From positions 294,937 to 358,936 of the forward strand of contig DHFW01000049.1 of assembly GCA_002402465.1 (NCBI GenBank): a DNA stretch of 64,000 bases. Reading direction: 5' to 3'. Positions within the stretch are counted from its first letter, which is position 1. Each line of letters starts with the position of its first letter. Of the stretch, positions 29,308 to 39,207 are shown in pieces. The notes under the pieces are model-generated. The model did no database searches and was not told where the DNA came from. It saw only the letters and a program-made list of their open reading frames with translations. A program made the translations under genes and the position numbers. The DNA is from Bacteroidales bacterium UBA4814 (GTDB lineage Bacteria > Bacteroidota > Bacteroidia > Bacteroidales > UBA7960).

Positions 29308-30279
29308 ATGCGAATTGGTCTGGACGTTATGGGTGGTGATTTTGCACCGGAGGCAACTGTTTCCGGAGCAATCCTTGCCCAAAAAGAAATACCCGAAACC
29401 GACTGTATTGTCCTGATTGGTGACGAGAACACCATAAGAGAACAGCTCAGCAGTCAGGGATCTGACCCCACCTTATTTGATATTGTGCACACCTCCGAGG
29501 TGATTGGCATGGGCGAATCGCCCACCAAGGCGTTTGCTCAAAAACCCGATTCGAGCATCGCAAAAGGATTCAGGATGCTTAAAAAGGGCAAAATCGACTC
29601 CTTTGCCAGTGCCGGCAATACCGGGGCCATGCTGGTTGGTTCGATCTATAGCGTCAATGCCATGCAGGGTGTTATTCGTCCGGCCACCACTGCCATTGTT
29701 CCCAAAGAAGACGGCCGTGTGGGTATATTGATCGATGTGGGCACTAACCCAGACAGCAAGCCCGATGTAATGTATCAGTTTGGCTTGCTCGGGTCGATTT
29801 ATGTCAAGTATGTGTACAACATCGACAACCCCAAGGTTGGCCTCCTTAATATTGGCGAAGAGGAAGACAAAGGCAACATTCTTACACAGAGTGCCTTCCG
29901 CCTGATGAAAGACACGAGTAGCTTCAACTTTATAGGGAATGTGGAAAGCCGCGACCTATTTAAAGATAAGGTTGATGTTGTGGTTTGCGATGGCTTTACA
30001 GGCAATATTTTGTTGAAAAATATGGAAGCCATGTTCCGGCAAATTGTGAAACGGGGCTATGGCAGCGATCCTTTCTTCTCAAGGTTTAACTACGAGAATT
30101 ACGGCGGAACCCCCATCCTGGGAATCAATTCCACCGTTATTATCGGACATGGCATTTCGAACGAAAAAGCCGTTAAAAACATGTTACTGCTTTCCAAAGA
30201 AGTATTCGAAGCCGGTTTGTCCGAAAAAATACGCGATGCCCTGGAGCAATATTCGCAGAGAAAATTTTTTGATTCCTAA
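29308..30279 (+). CDS. plsX: Phosphate acyltransferase PlsX
   Basis: MRIGLDVMGGDFAP, GNTGA and DGFTGNILLK. Confidence 0.93.
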   Translation: MRIGLDVMGGDFAPEATVSGAILAQKEIPETDCIVLIGDENTIREQLSSQGSDPTLFDIVHTSEVIGMGESPTKAFAQKPDSSIAKGFRMLKKGKIDSFASAGNTGAMLVGSIYSVNAMQGVIRPATTAIVPKEDGRVGILIDVGTNPDSKPDVMYQFGLLGSIYVKYVYNIDNPKVGLLNIGEEEDKGNILTQSAFRLMKDTSSFNFIGNVESRDLFKDKVDVVVCDGFTGNILLKNMEAMFRQIVKRGYGSDPFFSRFNYENYGGTPILGINSTVIIGHGISNEKAVKNMLLLSKEVFEAGLSEKIRDALEQYSQRKFFDS

Positions 30280-30303
30280 ACAGAATAGTTCCCCATTAAT
30301 TTT

Positions 30304-31302
30304 ATGAATAAGATCAGATCAGCTATCACCGCGATCCATGGTTATGTTCCTGATTATATCCTAACGAATCAGGAACTTGAAACCTTGGTTGACACCACCG
30401 ACGAATGGATAACTACCCGCACGGGCATTAAGGAGCGGAGGATTCAGAAAGGTGAAGGCCTTGGCACCTCCGACATGGGCACCGAAGCCGTGAAGGGTTT
30501 GCTGAAAAAGCGCGGAATAGAACCTTCGGAGGTGGATATGCTGATTTGTTGTACGGTTACGCCCGACATGAAGTTTCCGGCCACGGCCAATGTTATCAGT
30601 GATAAGGTGGGGATTAAAAATGCTTTCAGCTTCGATCTGAATGCCGCCTGCTCAGGTTTTATCTATGGCCTGGTTACCGGGGCCAATTATGTGGAATCGG
30701 GCAGGTATAAAAAAGTGGTGGTAGTGGGGGCCGATAAAATGTCGTCCATCGTCGATTATACAGACAGGCAAACCTGCGTCATTTTTGGCGACGGCGCCGC
30801 AGCGGTGCTGCTCGAACCTACTTCCGAAGATATGGGTGTGCTGGATCATGAGTTTCACACCGATGGCTCAGGGCGGGTTCATTTGCATATGAAGGCTGGT
30901 GGCTCAGTAAACCCCCCGAGCCACGAAACCATTGATGCCCGCGAGCATTATGTGTACCAGGAGGGGCAGACCGTTTTCAAATTTGCGGTAACCAATATGA
31001 CCGAAGTTTCTGCTTCGGTCATTAAAAAGAATAATCTTTCTGTTGACGATATTGCCTGGCTGGTTCCTCACCAGGCCAATATGCGCATTATTGAAGCCAC
31101 GGCACGCCGCTCGTCTATCCCCATGAACAGGGTAATGGTGAATATTCAGAAATATGGCAATACCACCAATGCCACCATTCCGCTTTGCCTGTGGGAGTGG
31201 GAAAATAAAATGAAAAAAGGCGATAACATTATTCTTACCGCTTTTGGTGGTGGGTTTACCTGGGGTGCAGTTTGGCTCAAATGGGCTTACGACAGCCAGT
31301 AG
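30304..31302 (+). CDS. fabH: 3-oxoacyl-ACP synthase III
   Basis: Active-site [18 protein letters not shown] and GNTTNATIP. Confidence 0.93.
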   Translation: MNKIRSAITAIHGYVPDYILTNQELETLVDTTDEWITTRTGIKERRIQKGEGLGTSDMGTEAVKGLLKKRGIEPSEVDMLICCTVTPDMKFPATANVISDKVGIKNAFSFDLNAACSGFIYGLVTGANYVESGRYKKVVVVGADKMSSIVDYTDRQTCVIFGDGAAAVLLEPTSEDMGVLDHEFHTDGSGRVHLHMKAGGSVNPPSHETIDAREHYVYQEGQTVFKFAVTNMTEVSASVIKKNNLSVDDIAWLVPHQANMRIIEATARRSSIPMNRVMVNIQKYGNTTNATIPLCLWEWENKMKKGDNIILTAFGGGFTWGAVWLKWAYDSQ

Positions 31303-31305
31303 CCT

Positions 31306-31662
31306 TCAAATTCTGTCTGGTTTTTTCCCGTTTTTCAGTTTTGGATTTTGCCAGTGGCGTTGCCCATCGCGCTCCGTTTTTTTCTTAAGGTTCTTTTCCA
31401 GCGCTTCTGTCAGGTCAATGCCGGTTTGGTTGGCAATGCAAATAAGCACAAATAGTACATCGGCCAGTTCGTCGGCCAGGTTTTTTTGCCGGTCACTTTT
31501 CTTGAATGACTGATCGCCATAGGTGCGTGCCATGATACGCGCCACTTCGCCCACCTCTTCGGTGAGCATGGCCATGTTTGTAAGTTCGCTGAAATATCTG
31601 ACGCCAATGGTATTGATCCACTGGTCCACTTTGTTCTGGGCTTCCTGAAGTGTCATCTTCAA
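31306..31662 (-). CDS. MazG-like nucleotide pyrophosphohydrolase domain protein
   Basis: 118 aa with LTEEVGEVARI and ELADVLFVLICIAN (EExxE/ExxD helices). Confidence 0.75.
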   Translation of the reverse strand: MKMTLQEAQNKVDQWINTIGVRYFSELTNMAMLTEEVGEVARIMARTYGDQSFKKSDRQKNLADELADVLFVLICIANQTGIDLTEALEKNLKKKTERDGQRHWQNPKLKNGKKPDRI

Positions 31663-31674
31663 ATTGAATTATAG

Positions 31675-32127
31675 TTATTCTTTTGCCTTGGTGTCAATTA
31701 TTATCGTCACGGGGCCATCGTTAATGAGCGAAACTTTCATCATGGCGCCAAACACCCCTGCCTGGGGTTTAGTGGCGGTTTCCTGCTCCAACTGTTTCAG
31801 AAAAGCTTCGTAATTGGGAATGGCGTGCTCGGGTCTGGCGGCACGAATGTAAGAGGGTCGGTTCCCTTTTTTGGTGCTGGCATGCAGGGTAAACTGGCTT
31901 ACCACCAGAATTTCGCCATTCACCTCATCGAGGGCCAGGTTCATTACCCCGTTCTGGTCGTCGAAAATGCGCAGCCGGCTTATCTTTCCGGCCAGCCACT
32001 CCACATCCTCTTTGCCATCGGCCTCTTCAATGCCAAGCAGCACCAGTATTCCGGGCCCAATGGAGGCATGCAGTTGGTTCTCAATTTCTACGCTTGCTTT
32101 TTCTACTCGTTGAATTACCGCTCTCAC
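31675..32127 (-). CDS. dtd: D-aminoacyl-tRNA deacylase
   Basis: MRAVIQRV...ILVVSQFTL...RPSY, 150 aa. Confidence 0.92.
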   Translation of the reverse strand: MRAVIQRVEKASVEIENQLHASIGPGILVLLGIEEADGKEDVEWLAGKISRLRIFDDQNGVMNLALDEVNGEILVVSQFTLHASTKKGNRPSYIRAARPEHAIPNYEAFLKQLEQETATKPQAGVFGAMMKVSLINDGPVTIIIDTKAKE

Positions 32128-32257
32128 TCTTTTTTATTTATGATTGATAAATTTTGAATGATAATTTAAATCCATTAACAAAAAACTAACCCAAAAAAGA
32201 AAAATCACAATATGCAATTCCAAAAACAATTTTTCATTCTTCATTATTATTTAGTTG

Positions 32258-33220
32258 TTAATTTTTTCTGTCTTCCCCAAGCAGCATATTAAGGTAATTG
32301 CTGTATCGCAAAATGCTGATTTTTCCGTTTTCCACGGCTTCTTTCACCTTGCAGCCGGGCTCATTGTGGTGGGTGCAGTTGTCGAAGCGGCACTGGTTGA
32401 AAAGCACGCGCATTTCAGGAAAGTAATGCGAGAGCTCCCAGGGTTCGAAATCCACCAGTCCAAACTCTTTTATTCCCGGCGTATCGATGATAAAACCTCC
32501 GTTTGAAAGTTGAAACATTTCTGCAAAGGTAGTTGTGTGCCTCCCTTTGAGGTGCGCTTGAGAAATAGTTTGCACTTTAAGGTTCAGGCTGGGCTCGATG
32601 GCATTGATAAGTGTGGACTTTCCCACCCCGGAGTGGCCTGCAAGCAGGGTGGTCTTTCCGCGCAGCATAGCTTCAAAAGCTTCGAGGTTTTGCCTCTGTG
32701 TGGCCGAAACGATCAGGGTCTGATAGCCAACGTCGCAATACATCCTGGTTAGCTGTTCGATATATTCTTGGCTTTCTTCATCATACAGATCGCTTTTGTT
32801 GAAAACGATAACGGCGGGAATGCTGTAGGCTTCGCAGGTTACCAGAAAGCGATCTATAAAACCTGTTGAGGTACGTGGCTCGGCCAGGGTGGCTATGACC
32901 ATGGCCTGATCCATATTGGCGGCAATAATGTGGGTTTGTTTGGAAAGGTTGGTGGCCTTGCGGATAATGTAGTTGCGGCGGTCGGATATGGCAGTGATGG
33001 TGCTGGTTTCCTGGCCCGGGTCGGTTTGGAACTCCACCATATCGCCTACAGCCAGGGGGTTGGTCGATTTCACCCCTGCCATCTTGAATTTCCCGCGCAA
33101 GCGGCATTTGTGCCGGCGGCCCTGCTCGTCCATTACGGTGTACCAGCTTCCGGTCGATTTTGTTACAATGCCTTTCAATCCAGTTTTTTTGAGAGAATGA
33201 TTATGGGCCAATTTTTTCAT
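32258..33220 (-). CDS. rsgA: Ribosome small-subunit-dependent GTPase A
   Basis: Circularly permuted GTPase with NKSDL and then GHSGVGKSTLINA. The C-terminal zinc motif is CRFDNCTHHNEPGC. Confidence 0.92.
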   Translation of the reverse strand: MKKLAHNHSLKKTGLKGIVTKSTGSWYTVMDEQGRRHKCRLRGKFKMAGVKSTNPLAVGDMVEFQTDPGQETSTITAISDRRNYIIRKATNLSKQTHIIAANMDQAMVIATLAEPRTSTGFIDRFLVTCEAYSIPAVIVFNKSDLYDEESQEYIEQLTRMYCDVGYQTLIVSATQRQNLEAFEAMLRGKTTLLAGHSGVGKSTLINAIEPSLNLKVQTISQAHLKGRHTTTFAEMFQLSNGGFIIDTPGIKEFGLVDFEPWELSHYFPEMRVLFNQCRFDNCTHHNEPGCKVKEAVENGKISILRYSNYLNMLLGEDRKN

Positions 33221-33255
33221 AAAATTAGTAATTTAGCGCAAACCCGCAATCGCAT

Positions 33256-34164
33256 ATGTCGATAGAAGCCAAGAATGTAACCAAGCTCTACGGGGCGCAA
33301 AAAGCCCTCAACAATGTCTCTTTTTCAGTAAACCAGGGTGAGGTGGTAGCCTTGCTGGGTCCCAACGGGGCCGGAAAGTCGACCATGATGAAGATACTTA
33401 CCTGTTATTTGCCGCAAACCAGTGGGCAGGTTTCTGTTTGCGGCTTCGATGTGGTGTCACAGGCCCTGGAAGTTCGGCGGCTGGTGGGTTACCTGCCCGA
33501 GCATAACCCCCTGTACCTGGAGATGTACGTGAGGGAATACCTTGAATTTGTAGCCGGCATACATAAACTTGGCAAGCAGATACGCCAGCGCGTGAGCGAT
33601 ATGATTGGCCTGACCGGGCTGAGCCTGGAGGCTGGAAAAAAGATCGGTGCCTTGTCGAAAGGCTACCGTCAGCGGGTGGGTTTGGCCCAGGCGCTCATAC
33701 ACGATCCCAAGGTGCTTATCCTCGACGAGCCCACTTCGGGGCTTGACCCCAACCAACTGGGCGAGATACGTCAGCTGATCCGCAACATTGGAAAAGAAAA
33801 GACGGTACTGCTTTCCACCCACATTATGCAGGAGGTAGAGGCCGTATGCGACCGGGTTATCATCATTAACCGCGGAAACATTGTGGCCGACGCACCCACC
33901 AGCCAGGTTCAGTTGCTCAACCAGACCTCGCGTATTATCCGGGTGGAGTTCGACCGGGCTTATCCGGCCGGCAAGCTGCGCGAAATGGATGGGGTGGTGG
34001 ATGTAGTAGAGGCCGGTCCCACTGGCTGCCGCATCTTTACCCAGAGCGAACGCGACTTGCGCCCCGAGGTGTTTCGTTTCGCCGTGAACCACCAGCTGGT
34101 GATCCTTTCCATGGACCACGAAGAGCAATCGTTGGAGCAGGTCTTCAGGCAACTTACCGTTTGA
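33256..34164 (+). CDS. gldA: ABC transporter ATP-binding protein, GldA-like
   Basis: Walker A GPNGAGKST, signature LSKGYRQRV, Walker B LILDEPTSGLD. The N-terminus MSIEAKNVTKLYGAQKALNNVSF and the C-terminus ...SLEQVFRQLT resemble gliding-motility GldA. No gldF or gldG is adjacent, so the symbol is tentative. Confidence 0.55.
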   Translation: MSIEAKNVTKLYGAQKALNNVSFSVNQGEVVALLGPNGAGKSTMMKILTCYLPQTSGQVSVCGFDVVSQALEVRRLVGYLPEHNPLYLEMYVREYLEFVAGIHKLGKQIRQRVSDMIGLTGLSLEAGKKIGALSKGYRQRVGLAQALIHDPKVLILDEPTSGLDPNQLGEIRQLIRNIGKEKTVLLSTHIMQEVEAVCDRVIIINRGNIVADAPTSQVQLLNQTSRIIRVEFDRAYPAGKLREMDGVVDVVEAGPTGCRIFTQSERDLRPEVFRFAVNHQLVILSMDHEEQSLEQVFRQLTV

Positions 34165-34190
34165 TCTGAACTTTTTATGATTATATTCAT

Positions 34191-34198
34191 TAACTTTG
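34191..34198 (+). promoter_or_regulatory. TAnnTTTG -7 box upstream of metK
   Basis: TAACTTTG lies 39 nt upstream of the ATG at 34237. Confidence 0.35.
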
Positions 34199-34236
34199 CA
34201 GGTCATTTTTTTTTGAATTAATAAGCCTTATCAATT

Positions 34237-35568
34237 ATGGGATATCTTTTTACCTCTGAATCCGTTTCAGAAGGTCATCCGGATAAAGTTGCCGATCAGA
34301 TTTCTGATGCCTTGCTCGACGAGTTTTTGCGTCAGGACCCTGAATCGAAAGTTGCTTGCGAAACCCTTGTAACTACAGGTTTGGTGGTATGCGGGGGCGA
34401 AGTAAAAACCACTGCCTGGGTCGATGTACAAGGGGTGGTTCGCGAAGTGTTGAAGGATATTGGCTATACTGATTCTGCCTTGAAGTTCGAAGCGGACTCG
34501 TGTGGCGTAATTTCAGCCATTCATGAGCAGTCACCCGATATTCGCCAGGGTGTGGAGCGTACACGCGAGGAGGACCAGGGCGCCGGCGACCAGGGCATGA
34601 TGTTTGGTTATGCTTCGCGCGAAACCGACGAATACATGCCACTGTCGCTCGACCTCTCGCACATTTTGCTGCAGCAGCTGGCGCGCATACGCAAGGAAGG
34701 AAAGGTTATGACCTACCTGCGCCCCGACAGCAAGTCGCAGGTTACCATCGAATACGACGAAGGACACCAGCCCGTGCGCATCGATACCATTGTGTTGTCG
34801 ACTCAGCACGATGAGTTTATTCTCCCCGCCGACGATACTGACGAAGCTCGTTTTTCCGCAGAATCAGCCATGCAAAAGCGGATTAAGGAAGATATTATTG
34901 AATACCTGATTCCTGCAGCAATGAGCGAGTTGCCTGAACGGGTGCGGCCACTTTTTGAGAAGGGCTTCAATTTGCTGGTGAACCCTACCGGAAAGTTTGT
35001 TATTGGCGGCCCCCATGGCGATACCGGTGTGACCGGACGCAAGATTATCGTAGATACCTACGGCGGTAAAGGTGCCCACGGCGGTGGCGCTTTCTCAGGT
35101 AAGGATGCCAGCAAGGTTGACCGCTCGGCCACCTACGCTGCAAGACACATTGCCCGCAACATGGTGGCTGCCGGCCTGGCCGATGAGGTGCTCGTGCAAC
35201 TGGCCTACGCTATTGGCGTGGCAGAGCCGGTTGGCGTGTTTGTCAACACCTACGGCTCCTCGAGGGTGAACCTGTCGGATGGGCAGATTGCCGAAAAAAT
35301 AAAGGAAATTTTCGACCTGCGTCCCTTTGCCATCATCAGGCGCTTTGGGCTGAAAAATCCCATTTTTAAAAGAACCACCACCTACGGACACTTTGGCCGC
35401 ACCCACTACAACGAAGAAGTGGAGGTAATGTACGACGGCCCGGATGTGGAGAAAAGGAAAGTGAAAATCGATGGCAAAGAAGTAACGAAGAAATTTAAGA
35501 AAGTTGATTTCTTTGCCTGGGAAAAGGAAGATTACGTGGATATCCTGAAAAAGGAATTCAACCTTTAG
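34237..35568 (+). CDS. metK: S-adenosylmethionine synthetase
   Basis: [31 protein letters not shown] and GGGAFSGKD. At 443 aa it is longer than the enterobacterial enzyme (internal and C-terminal insertions). Confidence 0.95.
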   Translation: MGYLFTSESVSEGHPDKVADQISDALLDEFLRQDPESKVACETLVTTGLVVCGGEVKTTAWVDVQGVVREVLKDIGYTDSALKFEADSCGVISAIHEQSPDIRQGVERTREEDQGAGDQGMMFGYASRETDEYMPLSLDLSHILLQQLARIRKEGKVMTYLRPDSKSQVTIEYDEGHQPVRIDTIVLSTQHDEFILPADDTDEARFSAESAMQKRIKEDIIEYLIPAAMSELPERVRPLFEKGFNLLVNPTGKFVIGGPHGDTGVTGRKIIVDTYGGKGAHGGGAFSGKDASKVDRSATYAARHIARNMVAAGLADEVLVQLAYAIGVAEPVGVFVNTYGSSRVNLSDGQIAEKIKEIFDLRPFAIIRRFGLKNPIFKRTTTYGHFGRTHYNEEVEVMYDGPDVEKRKVKIDGKEVTKKFKKVDFFAWEKEDYVDILKKEFNL

Positions 35569-36160
35569 GGATATACTGTTTGGCAATTATTTGCTTGTAT
35601 ACTCTTTCGGGAAGTAAATACCTCGGGTCCAATCCTTTGCGGAAAGCCTCGCGGATAAAAGTGGATGAGATTTCCACCAGGGGTGCTTCCACAGCCTTTA
35701 CGCGCTGCTCATTATAAAATACCGATCCTGGCGAGCCTTTGCGGGGATACACGTAAATATCGGTCTCAGCCAGGATTTTTTTGTACTCCTTCCACTGGTC
35801 GAACACATCGAGGTTGTCGCTGCCAATAATCAGCACAAAATCCCTTTCGGGGAATTCACTCCTGAGCAGATCCAGGGTTTTATAGGTGTAGGAAGGCCTT
35901 TCCATGCTCAGTTCACGCTCGCAGACCTCGAAACCTGGCTGGTCTTCTACTGCCAGTTTGAGCAGTTCAAGCCTGGTTTGTTCGGCAAGCAACTCATGGC
36001 TGTTTTTAAGAGGGTTGTGGGGCGAAATAACAAACCAGATCGCTTCCAGATCGGTGTATTGCAGCAGGTGGTGCGCAATGATAAGGTGCCCAGTATGAAC
36101 AGGGTTGAAAGAGCCCGGGAAAAGGCCTGTCCTGGTTTTTCCTTTTTTGTGGTTCATCAA
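35558..36160 (-). CDS. nadD: Nicotinate-nucleotide adenylyltransferase
   Basis: [15 protein letters not shown] and ISSTFIR. It directly abuts the gmk stop. Confidence 0.9.
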   Translation of the reverse strand: MMNHKKGKTRTGLFPGSFNPVHTGHLIIAHHLLQYTDLEAIWFVISPHNPLKNSHELLAEQTRLELLKLAVEDQPGFEVCERELSMERPSYTYKTLDLLRSEFPERDFVLIIGSDNLDVFDQWKEYKKILAETDIYVYPRKGSPGSVFYNEQRVKAVEAPLVEISSTFIREAFRKGLDPRYLLPERVYKQIIAKQYIPKG

Positions 36161-36730
36161 TCAGCTTTTCTCAAGAAAATTCTCCACCAGCTTGCGGGCC
36201 TCTTCTATGGCAACAGGCAGCTGATCGTTCACCACCACCTGGTCGAACTGGTTTGCAAAACTCAGTTCAAAGCGTGCTTTGCTCAGCCTCCTGTGAAGGC
36301 TTTCGGGGGTTTCGGTTTTTCTGTTTACCAGTCGTTTCTCCAGCTCTTCAATCGAAGGTGGCATCACGAAAATGGAAAGAGCCTTGTCTCCAAACTTTTT
36401 CTTAATGTTAATGCCACCGGCCACATCCACATCGAAAACTACATGGTGGCCTTTATCCCATATGCGCTGCACCTCTGAGTACAGGGTGCCATAAAAGCTG
36501 CCATTATAAACCTCTTCCCACTCCAAAAATTCTTGGTTTTCAATTTTTTTCCGAAAGGTATCTGTACTCAGAAAATAATAATCCACGCCTTCGGTTTCGC
36601 CGGGGCGCATAGGCCTGCTGGTAGCCGATACCGAAAACTCGAGCTGGGGCATTTGTTCGAGCAGCGCCTTCACTATGCTGGTTTTGCCGGCTCCCGAGGG
36701 AGCAGAAAAGATAAATAGTTTCCCTTCCAT
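36161..36730 (-). CDS. gmk: Guanylate kinase
   Basis: P-loop SAPSGAGKTS; TSRPMRPGE...GVDYYF. Confidence 0.93.
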   Translation of the reverse strand: MEGKLFIFSAPSGAGKTSIVKALLEQMPQLEFSVSATSRPMRPGETEGVDYYFLSTDTFRKKIENQEFLEWEEVYNGSFYGTLYSEVQRIWDKGHHVVFDVDVAGGINIKKKFGDKALSIFVMPPSIEELEKRLVNRKTETPESLHRRLSKARFELSFANQFDQVVVNDQLPVAIEEARKLVENFLEKS

Positions 36731-36732
36731 GT

Positions 36733-37608
36733 TTACAAAATGTTGAGCAGTTGTTCCTTAATTTTTTCCAGTTCGTCTTTCATCTGCACCACAATCTTCT
36801 GTATGTCGCCGTCGTTGGCTTTGCTTCCAATGGTATTGATTTCGCGGCCAATTTCCTGCGAAATGAAGCCGAGTTTTTTGCCGGCATTATCTTCTGAGCG
36901 CATGGTGTCTTCAAAATAATCGAGGTGCTTTGTAAGGCGCACCTTTTCTTCGGTAATGTCGAGTTTTTCGAGGTAATAAATCAGTTCTTGCTCAAAGCGG
37001 TTGGGGTCGGGTTGCCCGGCTTCCTTCAGGTCGTTGAGGCCTTTCATTAGGCGTGTTTTAAGGTTTTCGATGCGGTTTGCCTCGAAGGGTTCTATTTGTC
37101 CAAGGAGTGCGCGAATGGCTTCTATGCGGGCATGCAAGTCTTCGGCCAGGTGCGCGCCTTCCGATTGCCGGAAGTTATTGGCCTGCTGCATGGCTTCAAG
37201 TATGGCAGCCTCGATGATGCTCCATGACTGCTCGTCTTCCTCCTGCAGGGCCTGCTTAAGCACCTCAGGAAAACGGGTAATCGTGGTTATCAGATCGTTG
37301 GGAAGGGGTACCTGCAGTTCTGCGGCAAGCTCTTTCAGCTCATTAAAATAGCGTATGAACAGCGCTTTATTGATAGCCACATCGGTGTTGCCGCCCAGGT
37401 TTTCCACCGTCATGAAAACCTCCACCTTCCCCCTGCCCAGCACTTGTCCGGCAAGGTTGCGGATTACCTGCTCCTTTTCCCTGAAGCTTCCGGGTATCTT
37501 TAAGGAAACATCGAGCGATTTGCTGTTGAGCGATTTTATTTCAATGCTAATGCTCTTTTCTTGCAGCTGGCAAACAGCTTTGCCGAAACCTGTCATTGAT
37601 TTGATCAT
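36733..37608 (-). CDS. yicC: YicC-family stress-induced protein (endoribonuclease-like)
   Basis: MIKSMTGFGKA at the N-terminus and a DUF1732-like C-terminus (REINTIGSKAND). It forms a yicC-gmk-nadD tandem. Confidence 0.85.
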   Translation of the reverse strand: MIKSMTGFGKAVCQLQEKSISIEIKSLNSKSLDVSLKIPGSFREKEQVIRNLAGQVLGRGKVEVFMTVENLGGNTDVAINKALFIRYFNELKELAAELQVPLPNDLITTITRFPEVLKQALQEEDEQSWSIIEAAILEAMQQANNFRQSEGAHLAEDLHARIEAIRALLGQIEPFEANRIENLKTRLMKGLNDLKEAGQPDPNRFEQELIYYLEKLDITEEKVRLTKHLDYFEDTMRSEDNAGKKLGFISQEIGREINTIGSKANDGDIQKIVVQMKDELEKIKEQLLNIL

Positions 37609-37650
37609 GCAGTTTTTTTTACAAAAATAACATAAATGGCCGTTGATGCC

Positions 37651-37686
37651 CCAAAATCGGAAAACCGGCCACCTGGCCGGTTTTCC
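37651..37686 (-). terminator. Strong stem-loop terminator closing the GT2 operon
   Basis: A perfect 12-bp stem, GGAAAACCGGCC (37659-70) with GGCCGGTTTTCC (37675-86). On the minus strand it is followed by GATTTTGGGG, 28 nt after the GT2 stop. Confidence 0.65.
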
Positions 37687-37713
37687 GCGGGGTTGGGAAA
37701 AACCAGGAAAGGT

Positions 37714-39207
37714 TTATTTTGAAGGGGTTTCGGGCGATTCGAGGGTTTCGGGATGCTCGCCTTCAACCTCTTTAACCTCGTTGTTGTCGTTTTCCACAAA
37801 GCCCTGGCGCTCCATTTTGCCCCAGGTTTTTTCGCCGATAAAGAACTTAAAGTTCCCGCGAAGGGCAGAGAAAAGCACCACGGGGTGAAAAAGTATGGGT
37901 TCGAGCAAAGAGGTAAAGAGCATTTTTACCACTTCGCGCCGCTTGTTGTAGCGGTGAAATGACAACTCTTCGAACAGCACGGCCCAGAAACTCAAGTTTA
38001 TGGCAAACAGGTAAACGGTGGCCAGCAGCAGGAAAAAGAAGGGCCAGTTGGGGTAGCCCAAAATGGCAATAATGATGAAATACACAATTCCGATAAACTC
38101 GATGATGGGTGCCAGCCACTCCAGGAAAAACCAGTAGGGGTGCCCCAGCAGACCCAATGATTTGTAGCGCGGGTTGAAAAACAGTTTAAAGTGCTTGAAC
38201 AGGCTTTCCATGGTTCCGCGGGTCCAGCGGTCGCGCTGGCGTACCAGTACCTTAAGTTTCGAAGGTACTTCGGTCCAGCAAAGCGGGTCGGGGATATAAA
38301 TGACGCGGTACTTTTCTTTGCGCTCGGCCATGTAGCGGCGCATACGCACGATGAGTTCCATGTCTTCGCCCACCAGGTCGGTGTTGTAGCCGCCGCAGTT
38401 AATCACCACGTCGCGGTTAAACATACCAAAAGCACCGGAAATAAGCAAGAGGCCGTTGAGTTTGCTCCATGCCATGCGGCCCATGAGGAAGGCGCGGGTG
38501 TATTCGAGCACCTGAATACGCGGCAGGAATTTCCTGGGAAGACGCACTTCGGTAATGTGCCCATCTTCGATCTTGCACGAATTGGCAATACGAATAACCC
38601 CACCCGATGCAATGATTTTATGTCCCGACTCTTCAAGGAATGGTTTGGCCATGATCAGCAACGCATCCTCCACCAGGATGGAGTCCACATCGATAGCCGA
38701 AATGTATTCCTTCTGGGTGAGGTTAATGCCGGCATTCAAGGCATCGGCCTTGCCGCCATTCTCCTTGTCGATTACCACGAGTTTGGAAAAAGCCTTGTTT
38801 TGCGACTTGTAAATGGCTCTAATGGGCTTGGTCTTAAGCTTTTCCTCATAAAGCAGGTTTACCGTCACCAAGTCGTAGGCTTTGATGACTTTTTCCAGGG
38901 AGTCGTCGGTGCTGCCATCGTTTATTATGATAACCTCGTAATCGTTGTAATGCAGCGAGAGCAGACTGCGTATGTTGTCTACAATGGTTTTGCCTTCGTT
39001 AAAGGCTGGGGCAATTACCGAGATGGAGGGTGCCAGCGGGGAGGAAAGCAGCACGTTGTAATCAACGAAGCTGTTTTTTCGCATATAGCGTAGCATGGCA
39101 ATGGCCGAAAAAATAGCGAGTGTCGTATACGATCCGAAGATGAAAATGGTAAGGATAATAATCCCATTCTCAACGATGAATTGCAGGACTTTAAAAAATT
39201 CCATCAT
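37714..39207 (-). CDS. Processive family-2 glycosyltransferase (PgaC/BcsA/NodC-class membrane synthase)
   Basis: 497 aa. Motifs in order: INDGSTDDS, AIDVDS (DxD), GEDMEL, then RQRDRWTRG (QxxRW). There is an N-terminal TM segment plus about four C-terminal TM segments, and an acidic tail. Confidence 0.8.
   Translation of the reverse strand: MMEFFKVLQFIVENGIIILTIFIFGSYTTLAIFSAIAMLRYMRKNSFVDYNVLLSSPLAPSISVIAPAFNEGKTIVDNIRSLLSLHYNDYEVIIINDGSTDDSLEKVIKAYDLVTVNLLYEEKLKTKPIRAIYKSQNKAFSKLVVIDKENGGKADALNAGINLTQKEYISAIDVDSILVEDALLIMAKPFLEESGHKIIASGGVIRIANSCKIEDGHITEVRLPRKFLPRIQVLEYTRAFLMGRMAWSKLNGLLLISGAFGMFNRDVVINCGGYNTDLVGEDMELIVRMRRYMAERKEKYRVIYIPDPLCWTEVPSKLKVLVRQRDRWTRGTMESLFKHFKLFFNPRYKSLGLLGHPYWFFLEWLAPIIEFIGIVYFIIIAILGYPNWPFFFLLLATVYLFAINLSFWAVLFEELSFHRYNKRREVVKMLFTSLLEPILFHPVVLFSALRGNFKFFIGEKTWGKMERQGFVENDNNEVKEVEGEHPETLESPETPSK

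Noticed and set aside
31306-32127. The MazG-like gene plus its neighbour as a toxin-antitoxin or anti-phage nucleotide-depletion module.
   Set aside because: The neighbour is a canonical dtd, and both sit among housekeeping genes at normal GC. A small MazG-family pyrophosphatase here is most simply a house-cleaning enzyme.
34165-34236. A SAM riboswitch upstream of metK, and cobalamin or other riboswitches upstream of the TonB receptors.
   Set aside because: The metK leader is only about 40 nt after the -7 box, too short for a riboswitch. I see no B12-box or other recognisable riboswitch core in 47387-47760 or before 53026.
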